From the NCBI GenBank assembly GCA_964016885.1, contig OZ024743.1:319300001-319364000 (forward strand): a stretch of 64,000 nt of DNA. Reading direction: 5' to 3'. The stretch is from Eledone cirrhosa. Its lineage: Eukaryota. The notes under the pieces are model-generated. The model was given only the letters and a program-made list of their open reading frames with translations, had not been told where the DNA came from and did not search any database. Of this stretch, positions 42,650-54,589 are shown piece after piece (position 1 is the first letter of the stretch; every line of letters starts with the position of its first letter). The position numbers were made by a program, and so were the translations under genes.

Positions 42650-42937
42650 GGCGACCTACGTAGTAAATCGTATCATCGTGAGCTCCGCAAAGGTTTGTTA
42701 TTTCTGTTTGTTAAAAATTGCCATTTATGGAAAATTTTATTGTTAACTGTTTATAAGCACACATACATTGTTTTCCGAAAAGGACACCCAAAAAGATTGG
42801 GGCCTTGTGCCCAAAATTTTAACTTTTATTATTATCCAAAAATTTCTTTGAAAAAAAAATGGCTAATTTGCCTCTGCACGAAGCAGCTGAAAGCCTTCCT
42901 CACAAAATAACACCTCACACCGACACCACCATTGTAA

Positions 42938-44854
42938 ATGTTACTACGTTTGCCAACACAAAAAAAAAATATAAGCAGTAGCAATATTTTAAATTTGTCT
43001 CAGGCAGACATTCATTTCCCGCCATTACCAATGACTGCAGGTGTTAAAGCCTCCACCACCACCACCACCGCGACAACCACCACCCCCACCACCACCGCGA
43101 CAACAGAAACAAAAGAAGAAAAAAATAAATTAACTCGTGATGTCGAAATGAAATCAAGCAAAATGGACTCTTCCGCACCAAAGACGAATGACGTCACCAC
43201 CACCACAACTGAAACAAAAATTAAGATTAACACAAATAACGATAGCAACAACAACAACAATGACATTATAAAACCGACCCTCAGTTTCGCCATCGTAGCA
43301 AAACAATTCGAAGCGTTCACGGTAACTCAAGAAGATTTAGAAAATGCCAAACAAATGGTAAAGAAAGATCGGTACAGGGTCAGCCTCACCCCCCCACCTA
43401 ATAAAATGGAGCATCGGCGCCTGTGCACCGTGTCGTATAGAACAATAAATGTAAAATCGCGCCGAGTGGAACGGGCATCCGAGTCCCAAATCCAAAAAGC
43501 TTTGGGACATGTGTGGGCAAGAAAAACCCACATCAGACGTGGGCAAAAGTATGGAACCGTGGATGTGTTCTTTGAAACACCAGAGGAGGCTAGAGAACAC
43601 TCCATGGCCCCATTAAAAAGTGACGACCTCACACTCGTCCCAAGCTATTGTGGCCAGAGACTCGTAAAGATCAGGGTGACCCACGTTCCACCGGCCATCG
43701 AAATTCCCTGGCTAATAGCGGCTGTCCTCGCCGGCATCGAAGCCAACACGAAAATAATAGCAGTAGCAAAAGAAAAGCAGGAAAACTGGTCCGGATCTGG
43801 GATGGAGCTCCTGATCCAAGCGGACCAAAAAAGCATTGAGGAGATCCCAGAGGTAATAGACCTCACTGACGGCAGCCACCTCACGGTAATTGTCGAGGGC
43901 AGAAGACCTAGGTGTGTCGTTTGTGGTGAAGGAACCCACCTAAGGGCTTTCTGCCCTCAGGCTAAAAGGTTGAGGCCACCTCTCCTACCCACCCCAGTGA
44001 CACAACCATCAACACCACCAGTAGCAGAGATGGCAGCAACAACTGTAGCAGAAACAACAGAAGCAACTATAACAGCAACAACCCCAGCAACAGTAGCAAA
44101 ACCAACACCAGTACCACCACCAGCAAAACCAACACCACCACCACCCAACGCTTCAGAACTAGCACCAGCGCCTACACCATCCACCACACCACAACCAAAA
44201 CTAACGGCTGTGGAGGATTTTCCACTCCCCGGCCTATCACAACTGCAGACAGATTGTGACGACGAGGAGTGGGAAACGATGTCCGGAAAAAAAAAAAGAA
44301 ATCAAAAAAGAAAAAATTCTCTTCCTTCCCCCTCCAAAAACAAAATACAGAGGGAAACAAATAAACTAAGAAACAAAATAGTTAGGACAGATATGCCACC
44401 ATCCACACCAGCATCACCAACCCCATCAACCCAAACACCAACACCATCACCATCATTAACTCCAACACCACCATCACCAATACCACAAAAGTCACCAAAA
44501 TGCGAAACAGAAACAAACCCACAACAAACGCAAACAAATCAAAACAACCAAAACGATACACACTACACAGCATTAAATTTGAACAACAAGCAATTATTAC
44601 ACTACATCCAACACAACACCAGCATCACAGAAAAAGACTACACAGCAACCCCAAAATTCACACCACCTCCACACATACAAATCACTCGCATCACACAGAA
44701 AACGTACATGACACTAAAACAAAAATTCCCCAAAGACATCGGAGACTTCCGACAAGCACTCTCCAGGAGGATTTATAAGGACATCCTTCCTGAGGAGGCC
44801 ACAAGCAGTGAAAAGGATGGGAAAGCCGTCCTTCCCCTACGAGAAGTAAGGTAA
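42938..44854 (+). CDS. Tx1-like ORF1 (gag-like) protein, 638-aa open frame
   Basis: CX2CX4HX4C knuckle CVVCGEGTHLRAFC, Pro/Thr-rich linker, EEWETM-KKK patch; true start may be ATG 42859 with a slip in the A-run at ~42960. Confidence 0.8.
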   Translation: MLLRLPTQKKNISSSNILNLSQADIHFPPLPMTAGVKASTTTTTATTTTPTTTATTETKEEKNKLTRDVEMKSSKMDSSAPKTNDVTTTTTETKIKINTNNDSNNNNNDIIKPTLSFAIVAKQFEAFTVTQEDLENAKQMVKKDRYRVSLTPPPNKMEHRRLCTVSYRTINVKSRRVERASESQIQKALGHVWARKTHIRRGQKYGTVDVFFETPEEAREHSMAPLKSDDLTLVPSYCGQRLVKIRVTHVPPAIEIPWLIAAVLAGIEANTKIIAVAKEKQENWSGSGMELLIQADQKSIEEIPEVIDLTDGSHLTVIVEGRRPRCVVCGEGTHLRAFCPQAKRLRPPLLPTPVTQPSTPPVAEMAATTVAETTEATITATTPATVAKPTPVPPPAKPTPPPPNASELAPAPTPSTTPQPKLTAVEDFPLPGLSQLQTDCDDEEWETMSGKKKRNQKRKNSLPSPSKNKIQRETNKLRNKIVRTDMPPSTPASPTPSTQTPTPSPSLTPTPPSPIPQKSPKCETETNPQQTQTNQNNQNDTHYTALNLNNKQLLHYIQHNTSITEKDYTATPKFTPPPHIQITRITQKTYMTLKQKFPKDIGDFRQALSRRIYKDILPEEATSSEKDGKAVLPLREVR

Positions 44855-44888
44855 GTGGTCTTTCCCATCTTTTCCACTCCTTTTCAAC

Positions 44889-47800
44889 ATGACCTCACTC
44901 AGAATAGGCAGCATAAATGCGCGTGGCTTGGGGTCGTCATGGAAGCAGGGCCACCTGCTCAACGACCTCAGGTCACTAAACATAGATGTAGTGGCCATCA
45001 GCGAGACCAGAATCTCCGAAGCACAGGCTTTCGCACCGATCTTCGGCGGCTACGATGTGTACGCATCTCCCAGCCGTCCGGGATCGGGGGGAGGAGTTGC
45101 TGTGCTTTTTCGGAGAGGTTTGGATCTTGCCATACGGGCCATCTTCCTGGACCCAGAAGGCAAGTTGGTGTTGCTGGACGTGACCAGCGGAGACGGGCAA
45201 GCTTTCAGGTTAGTGGCCGTCTATGCCCCGACAGGAGCAGGGCGGCCTGATTTCTTCCGGCGTCTGGAGACCTTTCTTGGAACGTCCCGCTCTTTAGTGT
45301 TAGTGGGCGACTGGAACGGGATCTTAGATGCACGCTGGGATTGTGTGGGATTAGTGGATAGGGAAGGAGGGTGCAAGAGTCTCACCAACCTGCTCAGACG
45401 TTTTGAACTGTCTGACAGGTACCGAATGGATTTCCCGAATGTACCAATGTGGACTTGGACAAATCGCATAGGGTCATCCAGATCATATCTAGATAGAGTA
45501 TTTTGTAGGGAAATAGATAGGTCTAGCATAGGCTGTCCATAATTCAAGATAGTCAGCTACACGGACCACAAATTCGTGATCTGTGTGCTTGACTTAGATA
45601 GGCTTCATAGACGAGGACCCGGCTACTGGAAGCTAAACGCGTCCTTACCAGCGCGCAAGGCCTACAGAGACAGGATTAGCGAACTAGTTAAGCGGGCGTT
45701 GACGGGGGCCATCGTCAACAACAAGTGGTGGTTTGCTCTGAAAAGAGCAATTAGAATAGAGTCCATTAGGTTTAGTAAGACTTTAGCAATAGAGAAAAAT
45801 AGAGCAGAGGGAGAATTAGTTAGAAAATTAGATGAGGCGCTTAGCAAAGGCATCGCGACCAACGTACTTGCGGCGAAATTGGCCCTTGACCAATTCTTCA
45901 ATGCAAAGCACGAAGGCTGCGTTGTCAGAGCTAGGGTGCGTGCTCTCAGACACGAGGGGACGAAAGCCGTTCAATGGGCCCGAGTGGCGGAGGCGCGTCG
46001 TGGCAACAAAGCCACGATCCGGTCTTTGGTGGACCACGACGGGCGCATGCTACTCAATCCCGGGCAAATGTGTGAAGCTTTTCAGCGACACTTCGCTCAA
46101 CTGTTCGGGGGCAGTGGCGGGCCGGATCGAGGGATGGACTTTAGTGTCTACCTCGACGGACTGCCGCGGCTTTCGGCCACTGAGGCGGAGTGTTGCGAAA
46201 AGCCGATAACAACCGCTGAAGTACGGGATGCAATGACTAGTTGCACAAGGGGTAAATCGCCTGGTTTGGATGGTCTGCCCTATGAACTTTACGTACAAAT
46301 GCCAAACTTGTCCGGAGGCCTCTTGGCGGACGTCTACTGCAACTGGCAACAGAACGGGAGAATTCCCAGCTCTGTGAGCCGAGTAGCGGTGGCGCTGCTG
46401 AGAAAGGATCCGAACAAGGGGGATAACATAGATAATTTTAGGCCCATAACTCTGCTAAACACAGAGTTCAAGATTTTGGCCAAGGTGCTAGCAAATAGGT
46501 TGGCGCTTGTCGTTGGTGGTCTGGTGGGAGAGGCACAGACATGCGCCATTCCCGACAGATCCATCCACGACAACTCCACCTCATGCGATACAACGTAGAG
46601 AGGGTAGATAGGGAACCTGGTACAGGTGGGTCATTGATCAATTTAGATCAGTCGAAAGCTTTCGATAGGGTCGACCATCGTTACCTAGTGGCAGTCCTGA
46701 GGGCGGCTGGCTTTGGGCCCGTCTTCAGAGGCTGGATCGCTACCATGCACAGCGACATTTGCTCTGTGTTGAGAGTGAAGGGTCACCTTTCGGAACCGTT
46801 CAACATCATGCGCTCGGTCCGCTAAGGATGTCCCCTCTCGACCCTCTTGTACGTATTGACTCTCGAGCCATTACTGCAAAAACTGGAGACGTTGAGGGGG
46901 ATCACGCGCGAACTAGGATGCGGAAGATCCGTGTCAGCATATGCGGACGATGTCACCGTAGTGGTGTCGAACGCCAAACACATCGAGGCGATCGGCACTA
47001 CACTAAGTGAATACGAAGCGGTGACAGGAGCAATGATCAGCCAGGAAAAGTCAGTTGGCCTGCAGCTCGGCACCTGGAGAGGCAGGTCCATGCCGTCCAA
47101 CAGTGTCGTCGGGCGCTGGACGGACGGACCGGTTAAATTGTTAGGGGTCCGGTTCGGTCCGAACCTCCAGACGGACAAACACTGGGACGAGGTGACGAGC
47201 AGGGGGGCTTCTCTCACCCAGAAATGGGCAGAGAGGAAGCTATCCCAGAAAGGTCGAGCGGAGGTGGTTAACGCGTTCATCGGGTCCGTCATCTACTACC
47301 GCCTGACCGTCGTACCTTGTCCTAAGCCCCGAAGACTGCGCTCGAGCGTTTGCTCTTTCGCTTTTTGTGGAAGGGACGCGCTCCGATGGTCAGGCGGTCC
47401 CTCTGCTGTCAACCGCCGCTACGTGGAGGGCTGGGCATGCCGTGGCTGATTATGCGCAGACACGCGCTCAGGCTACGACATCTCTACCTCTTCCTCGACG
47501 GTGATCGGGTGTGGTCGCCGTTTGCTAGACGCGTCTTTCCCCAGCTCGTCTCCTTGACGGAGCTGCAGTCCTGAGTCAAGCGAAGACCGAGAGGGAGCAC
47601 TTGGAGACTGGAATGTCTTCAGGCGCTCACAGCCCTCGACCAATCGGGCAATGTTATCTGTGGAAACTCCACCTTGGCGTTCTATAGAGGATTAGTGGAG
47701 GGGAAGAGCGACGACGTAGTTGGAGAAACTCTAGGCGTCGACGAAAATCAACTAGCCAATCTCTTCGGAAGAACTTTCGGGCCGGGGCCTATGGACAACT

Positions 47801-48250
47801 TACAGAAATCCCTGGCCTGGCAGGGCTACCGAGGAGATGCGATGCGCACAGGGCGACGAAACCGTCCTGCATGAACTCGTCCAGCGTCCGAGCATTGCTG
47901 ACTTGTGGGTTTATGTCGAACACCAGCTGTCACGTGTAGGACGGATCCAGCTATCAGCTGAGTCCATCGTGAGGATTTCCCCGCCCTCTTCCTTTAGCCG
48001 GGAAGGGCAGGGAGTTTTTATCCGTCTGGTGGCCATGGCGAAAGAGATAGTATGGTGGACACGTTTGAAAGGGCTGAAGACGAGCACTTACCTCTTCGGT
48101 GATGCCCTGATTAACTTTTTTAAATTTCATTTGTAAAGGAAAATCAGGGTAGACAGGGAAGTGCCCTCTTCCCAGCATTTTGTTGAAAGATGGGTGAGAG
48201 AAGCAAGTATGGCCCGAGTAAATGGGCCGACTCTGAGTATGTGTCTGTAA
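44889..48250 (+). pseudogene. Tx1-like ORF2 (APE endonuclease-reverse transcriptase), disrupted
   Basis: SINARGL, ISETR, GDWN, SYLDR, TDH; GYWKLN; KSPGLDG, FRPITLLN, KAFDRVDH, AYADD; several stops and frameshifts. Confidence 0.92.
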
Positions 48251-48503
48251 ATTAAAGGTGTAAAACTGGGAGAGGGCACTTGCCCTGGGGGTCAGGGTCA
48301 CTGTGGCTTTTTAATGGGCTTTCTCCACAAATGTCCCTCCGAAGTCTCCCTTGTATTGGGGAATTTTTCATTGTTATTTTTTTGTTACATCCTCTGTTTT
48401 TGTTTTTTCTTACACGCAGAAATGCCCATTTGTACCGTCCTTTATTTTCCTGTACTGTCCTTAATGTCTACTTTATGTAAACCCTTGTGGTTAATAAAGA
48501 AAG

Positions 48504-48543
<40 letters not shown>

Positions 48544-48544
48544 G

Positions 48545-51500
48545 GTCTAATCGGACGTATCTTACTCGCTACCAGTAAGTCGCTTTATTTGCCTGTTAAA
48601 TTTTTTTTTGTTAAATATTTCTTGTTGTGTAAGGGATATAAGCCCTTAGACTTTACTCTGTGAAGGGGAAAGTATAATATTTGGGCCTTTAGGCTCAAAT
48701 ATTTGAACTTTTTTTTTACATGTTAAAAAATTTACGGAGACAAAAAACATGGCTGTGCCACGCCCCCCAGCGATATGTCTGCTGTCGTGCGACAACGACG
48801 TAGAAGTTGAGAGGAGCGCTACAGCGAAATTAACACACATTTATAACACAAACACCACCACAAACAATGTAAACAAAGACACAAATGATACCAATAAGAA
48901 CTCTAATTTTGAAAAAAATGACAGTAACAGCGACAACGAAAATACAGATAAGAAAAAAAAAAAAATAACAAATGCAACAACAATATCAACACCACTAACA
49001 TGAAAACAAATAGCGACAACACCAACAGCAACAATACCAACTGCACCGAGAACAACGGTGGCAACAAAGACAACAATGATAACAGCGACAGTGATAACAC
49101 CAACACCAACAAGAACAACGACAACGACAACAACACCCCCAACGAAAAGAAGAAGAACACTTTCGCTGCGGCAGCAGCAAAAAAGAGGCCATACTTCAAC
49201 ATGGACCTCTCAAACAAAGATGAAAAATTGGCCCACGCATGGAAGCTGATCAAGCAGGAGCAAACCTGGGCCAACTTAACTGTCCCGGTAGAAGCTATTG
49301 AGGCAGTGGAGCGCAGAACGGTGCATTATAGATGCATCTCAGCACAAACCAAAAGGGCAGCTTTAATCCTACAAGAAGATGTCGAAGTCGCGCTGAGGTG
49401 CATCAGAGAAGACACCCAGTACATAGAGAGGGGCAGACAGTACGGCACCATTTCGGTGTTGTTCAAGTCAGAAGCCCTCGCTATGACTCCTTGCAAAACC
49501 AGCAAGGTCATAATGTACCCCTTCCACATGGGAAAAAGAACGGCGCGTCTCCGCATTCCCAGAATCCCACCATGACATGACATGTGGTGGCTTCTGGGAT
49601 GTTTGATTGTGGAGGGGAGGGATACAGTCCCTATAGAAATGATCAGAACGGCCAGAGAGGACTGGTCCGGATTTGACCTGGAGATCCTTCTCCAGATCAT
49701 GCCCGAGAATGTGAAGACAATCACGGACCACATCCGCCTTCAGAATGGGACCGTCATTCACATTATGACCGAAGGCAAAAGGCCGCAGTGTTTTGTTCGT
49801 GGGGAAAAACCCATTTGCGAGCCTTCTGCCCTCAACTGCTGAAAGAGGCAAGGGGTCGAAAGGCTCCATTGCTGCCGACGCCGGGGCGAGTACCACAACC
49901 AACACCAGCACCGGCAAAACCACCAACAACAACACCAATAGAAAGACCAGCACCAACATTGACCACCCATGGGGGAAACGAAGAAAGCTGTCAAATTCCC
50001 CCTCCCCTCAAAAATACACACAGCAATAAAACCATAAACATACATACAGACATACTTACAGTCACAGACCCCTCATCTACCAGTAGTGAAAATGAGGGAA
50101 ATCCCAAATCCTCCAAAATACAAAAAAGGAAACACAAAAAGAAAAAAAAAACAAAGCACAAAAGCACCCACAATAAAAAACGCAGACACCACCCACGCAA
50201 ACATCTCTCCAATAACACCAACATCAACACCACCATCACAATCACCAGAATCCCCCAAACGCAAACAACCGAAACAGACGCAAGAACAAATATACACACA
50301 AACATCTGAAACCACAGACACCGCACTCACAACAAACACAGATACAACCGAAACAACACCACCAAAACCACCACCACCACAGCCACGCAAACAAATAAAA
50401 TCACACCAACAAAACATACAAACTTCGTGCTCGTCAGGAAGGCCAACAAGGAACTGATGGCCCTCGTAGCACGAAGTGAAAATATACAAAAAGAGAGGGA
50501 AATTTTTAAATCGAGCACATTTCGCGTGCCGGAAGATTTGGTTCTGGTGTGAATGTCGCTCAACATATTCAAAGAAATACGAGACAGCTTTCCCCGGGAC
50601 GTGGGAACCCCGAACGTAAAACCCACTTCAAGACTTTTAAAGGGGTTCCCAAAAGAAACCCCACTAATTATGGAGGTCGAACAACCCGACCTTCACAAGA
50701 GCCCGGAAGGTAAGTAAACCTTCCTCTCTCTCTGTTTAACCTGCCAACATGGCCGTATTAAGAGTAGGATGTTTAAATGTTCGAGGCCTGGGATCGTCCT
50801 GGAAGCAGGGTCACCTGCTCAACGACCTCAGGTCTATAGAAATGGATGTAATTGCAGTCAGCAAGACCAGGATTTCCGACACGCGCGCACTAGTCCCCAT
50901 TTTCGACGACTATCAGATCTTTGCATCTGTTAGCCGGCCGGGAATGGGAGGCGGGGTGGCAGTGCTGTTTAGGAAAGGCCTGGATCTCGAGGTAAGGTCG
51001 ATCTTCCGGGACCCGGACGGGAAGTTGGTGGTCCTGGACGTGAACAATAATGAAGGTAGTGCCTTTAGACTGGTGGCCGTCTATGCTCCTACTGGGGCAG
51101 GACGGCCGGACTTCTTTAGACGCCTGGAAGCCTTTCTGGGTACGTCTCGCCCTTTACTGTTAGCGGGGGACTGGAACGGCATCTCAGACGTACGCTGGGA
51201 CTGTGTGGGAGCATCCAATAGGAGCGGGGGGTGCAAAAGCCTCAAGAACCTGATCAGCCAGTTCCAACTATCTGACAGTTACCGACTAGATATCCCTAAT
51301 GCGCCAGTGTGGACCTGGGCTAACCGCATAGGGTCATCTAGATCGTATATAGACAGGATATTCATTAGGAAAATAGACAGAAATAGTGTAAGCTGTCCAC
51401 GTTTTGAAACGGTCGCCTATTCAGATCACAAGTTTGTGATCTGTATGGTCGACCTAGATAAAACGCGTAGGTTAGGACCAGGTTACTGAAAGCTAAACAT

Positions 51501-54446
51501 GTCATTTCCGGCACGTAAGGCTTACAGGGACCAGGTCAACAATTTAGTTAAGAAAAAGTTGACAGGGAGAATCGTCAACAATAGATGGTGGGGGGCTCTC
51601 AAAAGAGAGATTAGAGTAATGTCGATAGGATTTAGCAAAGATGTAGCATTAGAGAAAAATAGAAAGGAAGGGGAGTTGGTAGATAAGTTAGACGAGGCTA
51701 TTTGTGGTGGCATCGCAACTGACGTGCTAGCGGCGAGAATGGCATTAGACCATTTCTTCAATGCGAAACACGAAGGTTGCATTGTCAGAGGTAAGGCGCG
51801 TGCTCTGAGAAACGAGGGAACCAAAGCTGTTCGATGGGCCCGCGTGGCGGAGGCGCAGCGTGGTAATAAAACCACGAATCGGTCTTTGCCGGACGGAGAC
51901 GGGTACGAGCTGAGCGATTCCAAGAGGATGTGTGAGGCCTTTCGCCAACATTTTGCTCGGTTGTTCGGGAGAAGTGGCGGGTCAGAGATGGTGGCGGACT
52001 TCAGTCCCTACCTCGATGGCTTGCCGCAACTCTCTACGGCTGAGGCTGGGCGCTGCGAAAGGCCAATTACTTCAGCCGAGATTCAGGATGCCCTTGTCGG
52101 CTGCATGAGGCACAAGTCACCCGGTTTGGATGGTCTGCCCTACGAGCTTTACGTAAATATGCCAGACTTGTTCTCCAATCTCCTCGAAGCCCTCTATTGC
52201 AACTGGCAGCAAAACGGGAGTATTCCCAGTTCTGTGAGCCGGGGCGTAGTGACGCTGATAAGGAAAGACGAGAACAAGAGGGACACATTAGACAATTTCA
52301 GGCCCATGACTCTGCTCAACAAAGAGTTTAAGATTTTGGCCAGGGTGTTAGCGAAGGGGTTGGCGCTTGTCGTCGGGGATTTGGTTGGGGAGCCACAAAC
52401 TTGCGCAATCCCAACCAGGTCCATACACGAAAACCTCCACCTAATGCGATACATCATAGAGAGGGTAGCGTGTAAACCTGGCTTCGGGGGGGATCTGATC
52501 AATTTAGATCAATCGAAAGCATTCGATAGGGTCGACCATCGGTACCTGGAGGATGTCCTCAAGGCGGCTGGCTTCGGCCCCTACTTCAGAAGCTGGATCG
52601 CTGCAATGCACAGCGGCACCAGCTCAATGGTAAAAATTAATGGCCACCTCTCGGAACCATTTAAGGTCTCCCGATCGGTCCGTCAAGGGTGCCCTCTCTC
52701 CTCCCTTCTGTACGTATTGACTCTCGAGCCTTTACTGCGGAAGCTGGAGCTGTTGCAGGGCCATCCCGCTCGAACCGGGACGCGGAAAGGTTGTGTCGGC
52801 TTATGCGGACGACATCACCGTGATGGTGTCGGACACCTCAGAAATCGAGGTGGTCGGCAACTTATTGGAGGAATATGAAAGGTTGACGGGAGCAAAACTT
52901 AACCCGGAAAAGTCAGTGGGCTTGCAACTCGGCACCTGGAGAGGCAAGTCCATGCCGTCCAACAGCGTCGTTAGGCGCTGGACGGACGGACCGGTAAAGT
53001 TGCTAGGGGTTTGGTTCGGGCCAGACCTCCAGGTGGATAAGAATTGGGACGAGGTGACGGGCAGGGTAGTCAGTCTCACCCAGAAATGGGCTGGGATGAA
53101 GCTATCACTGAAAGGTCGGGCGGAGGTGGCGAACACGTACATCGCGCCCGTCATCTACTACCGTCTGATTGTCGTCCCTTGCCCCCGTTCGTGCCTCGCC
53201 ATGTTGGAGCGACTCCTCTCCAAATTCTTGTGGAGGGGTCAGGTTCCGCTGGTGAGGCGGTCCATCTGCTGCCAGCACCCTCTACGTGAAGGGCTGGGCA
53301 TGCCGTGGCTAATGATGCGCAGGCACGCGCTGAGGCTGCGGCATCTCCAGATATTCTTACTAAACGGTGAACAGGTGTGGTCGCCGTTTGTCGGACGGCC
53401 CTTTCCGCAGCTCGTTTCTTTGACTGAGTTGCAGTCCTGGGTCAAGAAGAGACCGAGACTGGGTGACTGGCATCTGGAATGTTGCCAGGCACTCACTGCC
53501 CTCTACCAAGCGGGCAATGCGGTCAGTGGAACTTCCACTCTCGAGTTCTATAGAGGATTAGTGGTGGACAAGTGCGACGACGCACTCGGAGAGGCTCTGG
53601 GAGTCAACGAAGTCGAACTAACCAGTCTGTACCGGAGGACTTTCGAGCCGGGGACGATGGATAATTTCCAAAAATCCCTCGCTTGGCAGTTATACCGGGG
53701 GGCACTGCCGGTTCGAGATAAACTCTACAGGCACGGAAGTGCTCTCAGACGGACCTGCCCGAGATGCGCGCAGAGCGACGAAACCGTCCTGCACGCACTC
53801 GTCCAGTGTCCGTGCATTACTGACTTGTGGAGTTATGTTGAATAGCTGTTGTCGCGTGTAGAACGGATCCGGCTATCGGCCGAGTCCATAGTGAAGATCC
53901 ACCCGCCGCCTTCTTTTGGCCAGGAAGGGCAGGCAATTTTCCTCTGTCTGGTGGCAGTAGTGAAAGAGGTTGTATGGTGGACGAGGTTGAAAGGACTGAA
54001 GACAGACACGTTTCTCTTCGGCCAATCCCTCATCAACTTTTTCAAGTTTCACCTGGAAAGGAAGGTGAGGGTGGAGAGAGAAGTGCTGCTCCCCAGTACA
54101 TTTGCTGAAAGGTGGGTGAATGTGGCGAGAATGGCCCGTGTGAGTGGGCCTACTCTGGTCATGCGACTGTAGGTAGGTAAATTTGAAGAGGAGAGGGGTG
54201 CCCTTCTATGGTGCTCTCGAAGCGTCGGGTCGTTCAGGACTGGTGGGGTACCTGAGCGAACCCTAGGTGGTCATCCCCCCTATTGGGGAATTTTTCTTGT
54301 AATTTTCTTGTTACTTTATTGTTACTTTGTTATTGTTACTTTGTTATTGTTATTCATATTGTTTACTCGATTTTTCTGTAAAACCCCTGTCCCAGTCTTT
54401 TGTATTGTCCCCTATATGTCGGACCTTGTGGCCAATAAATGAAATC
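48545..54446 (+). mobile_element. Full-length Tx1/L1-clade LINE, copy 2 (different subfamily)
   Basis: Frameshifted ORF1 ~48749-50717 (RGRQYGTISVLF, THLRAFCPQ), ORF2 50749-54171; bounded by (ATT)n. Confidence 0.92.
50749..54172 (+). pseudogene. Tx1-like ORF2, disrupted
   Basis: LNVRGL, GDWN, SDH; KSPGLDG, RQGCPLS, AYADD; C-terminal CPRC...ETVLHALVQC; 2 stops and 1 frameshift. Confidence 0.92.
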
Positions 54447-54589
54447 ATTATTATTATTATTAATATTATTATTATTATTATTGTTACTATTAATATTACT
54501 TTTTTTTCCCAATTCAATGATGTTCCAAAACAATATAAACGAGATAATTGGCAATAAGTGTTCTGGAACAAAAGACATAATTGGCAATA

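Larger units (their letters stand above)
42649..48503 (+). mobile_element. Full-length Tx1/L1-clade LINE, copy 1
   Basis: 5' UTR, ORF1 with zinc knuckle, ORF2 with APE endonuclease + RT; AATAAA near 3' end; bounded by (ATT)n. Confidence 0.92.

Noticed and set aside
43012-54045. Numerous antisense and alternate-frame ORFs over the Tx1 elements
   Set aside because: Expected shadows of GC-rich or strand-biased coding sequence
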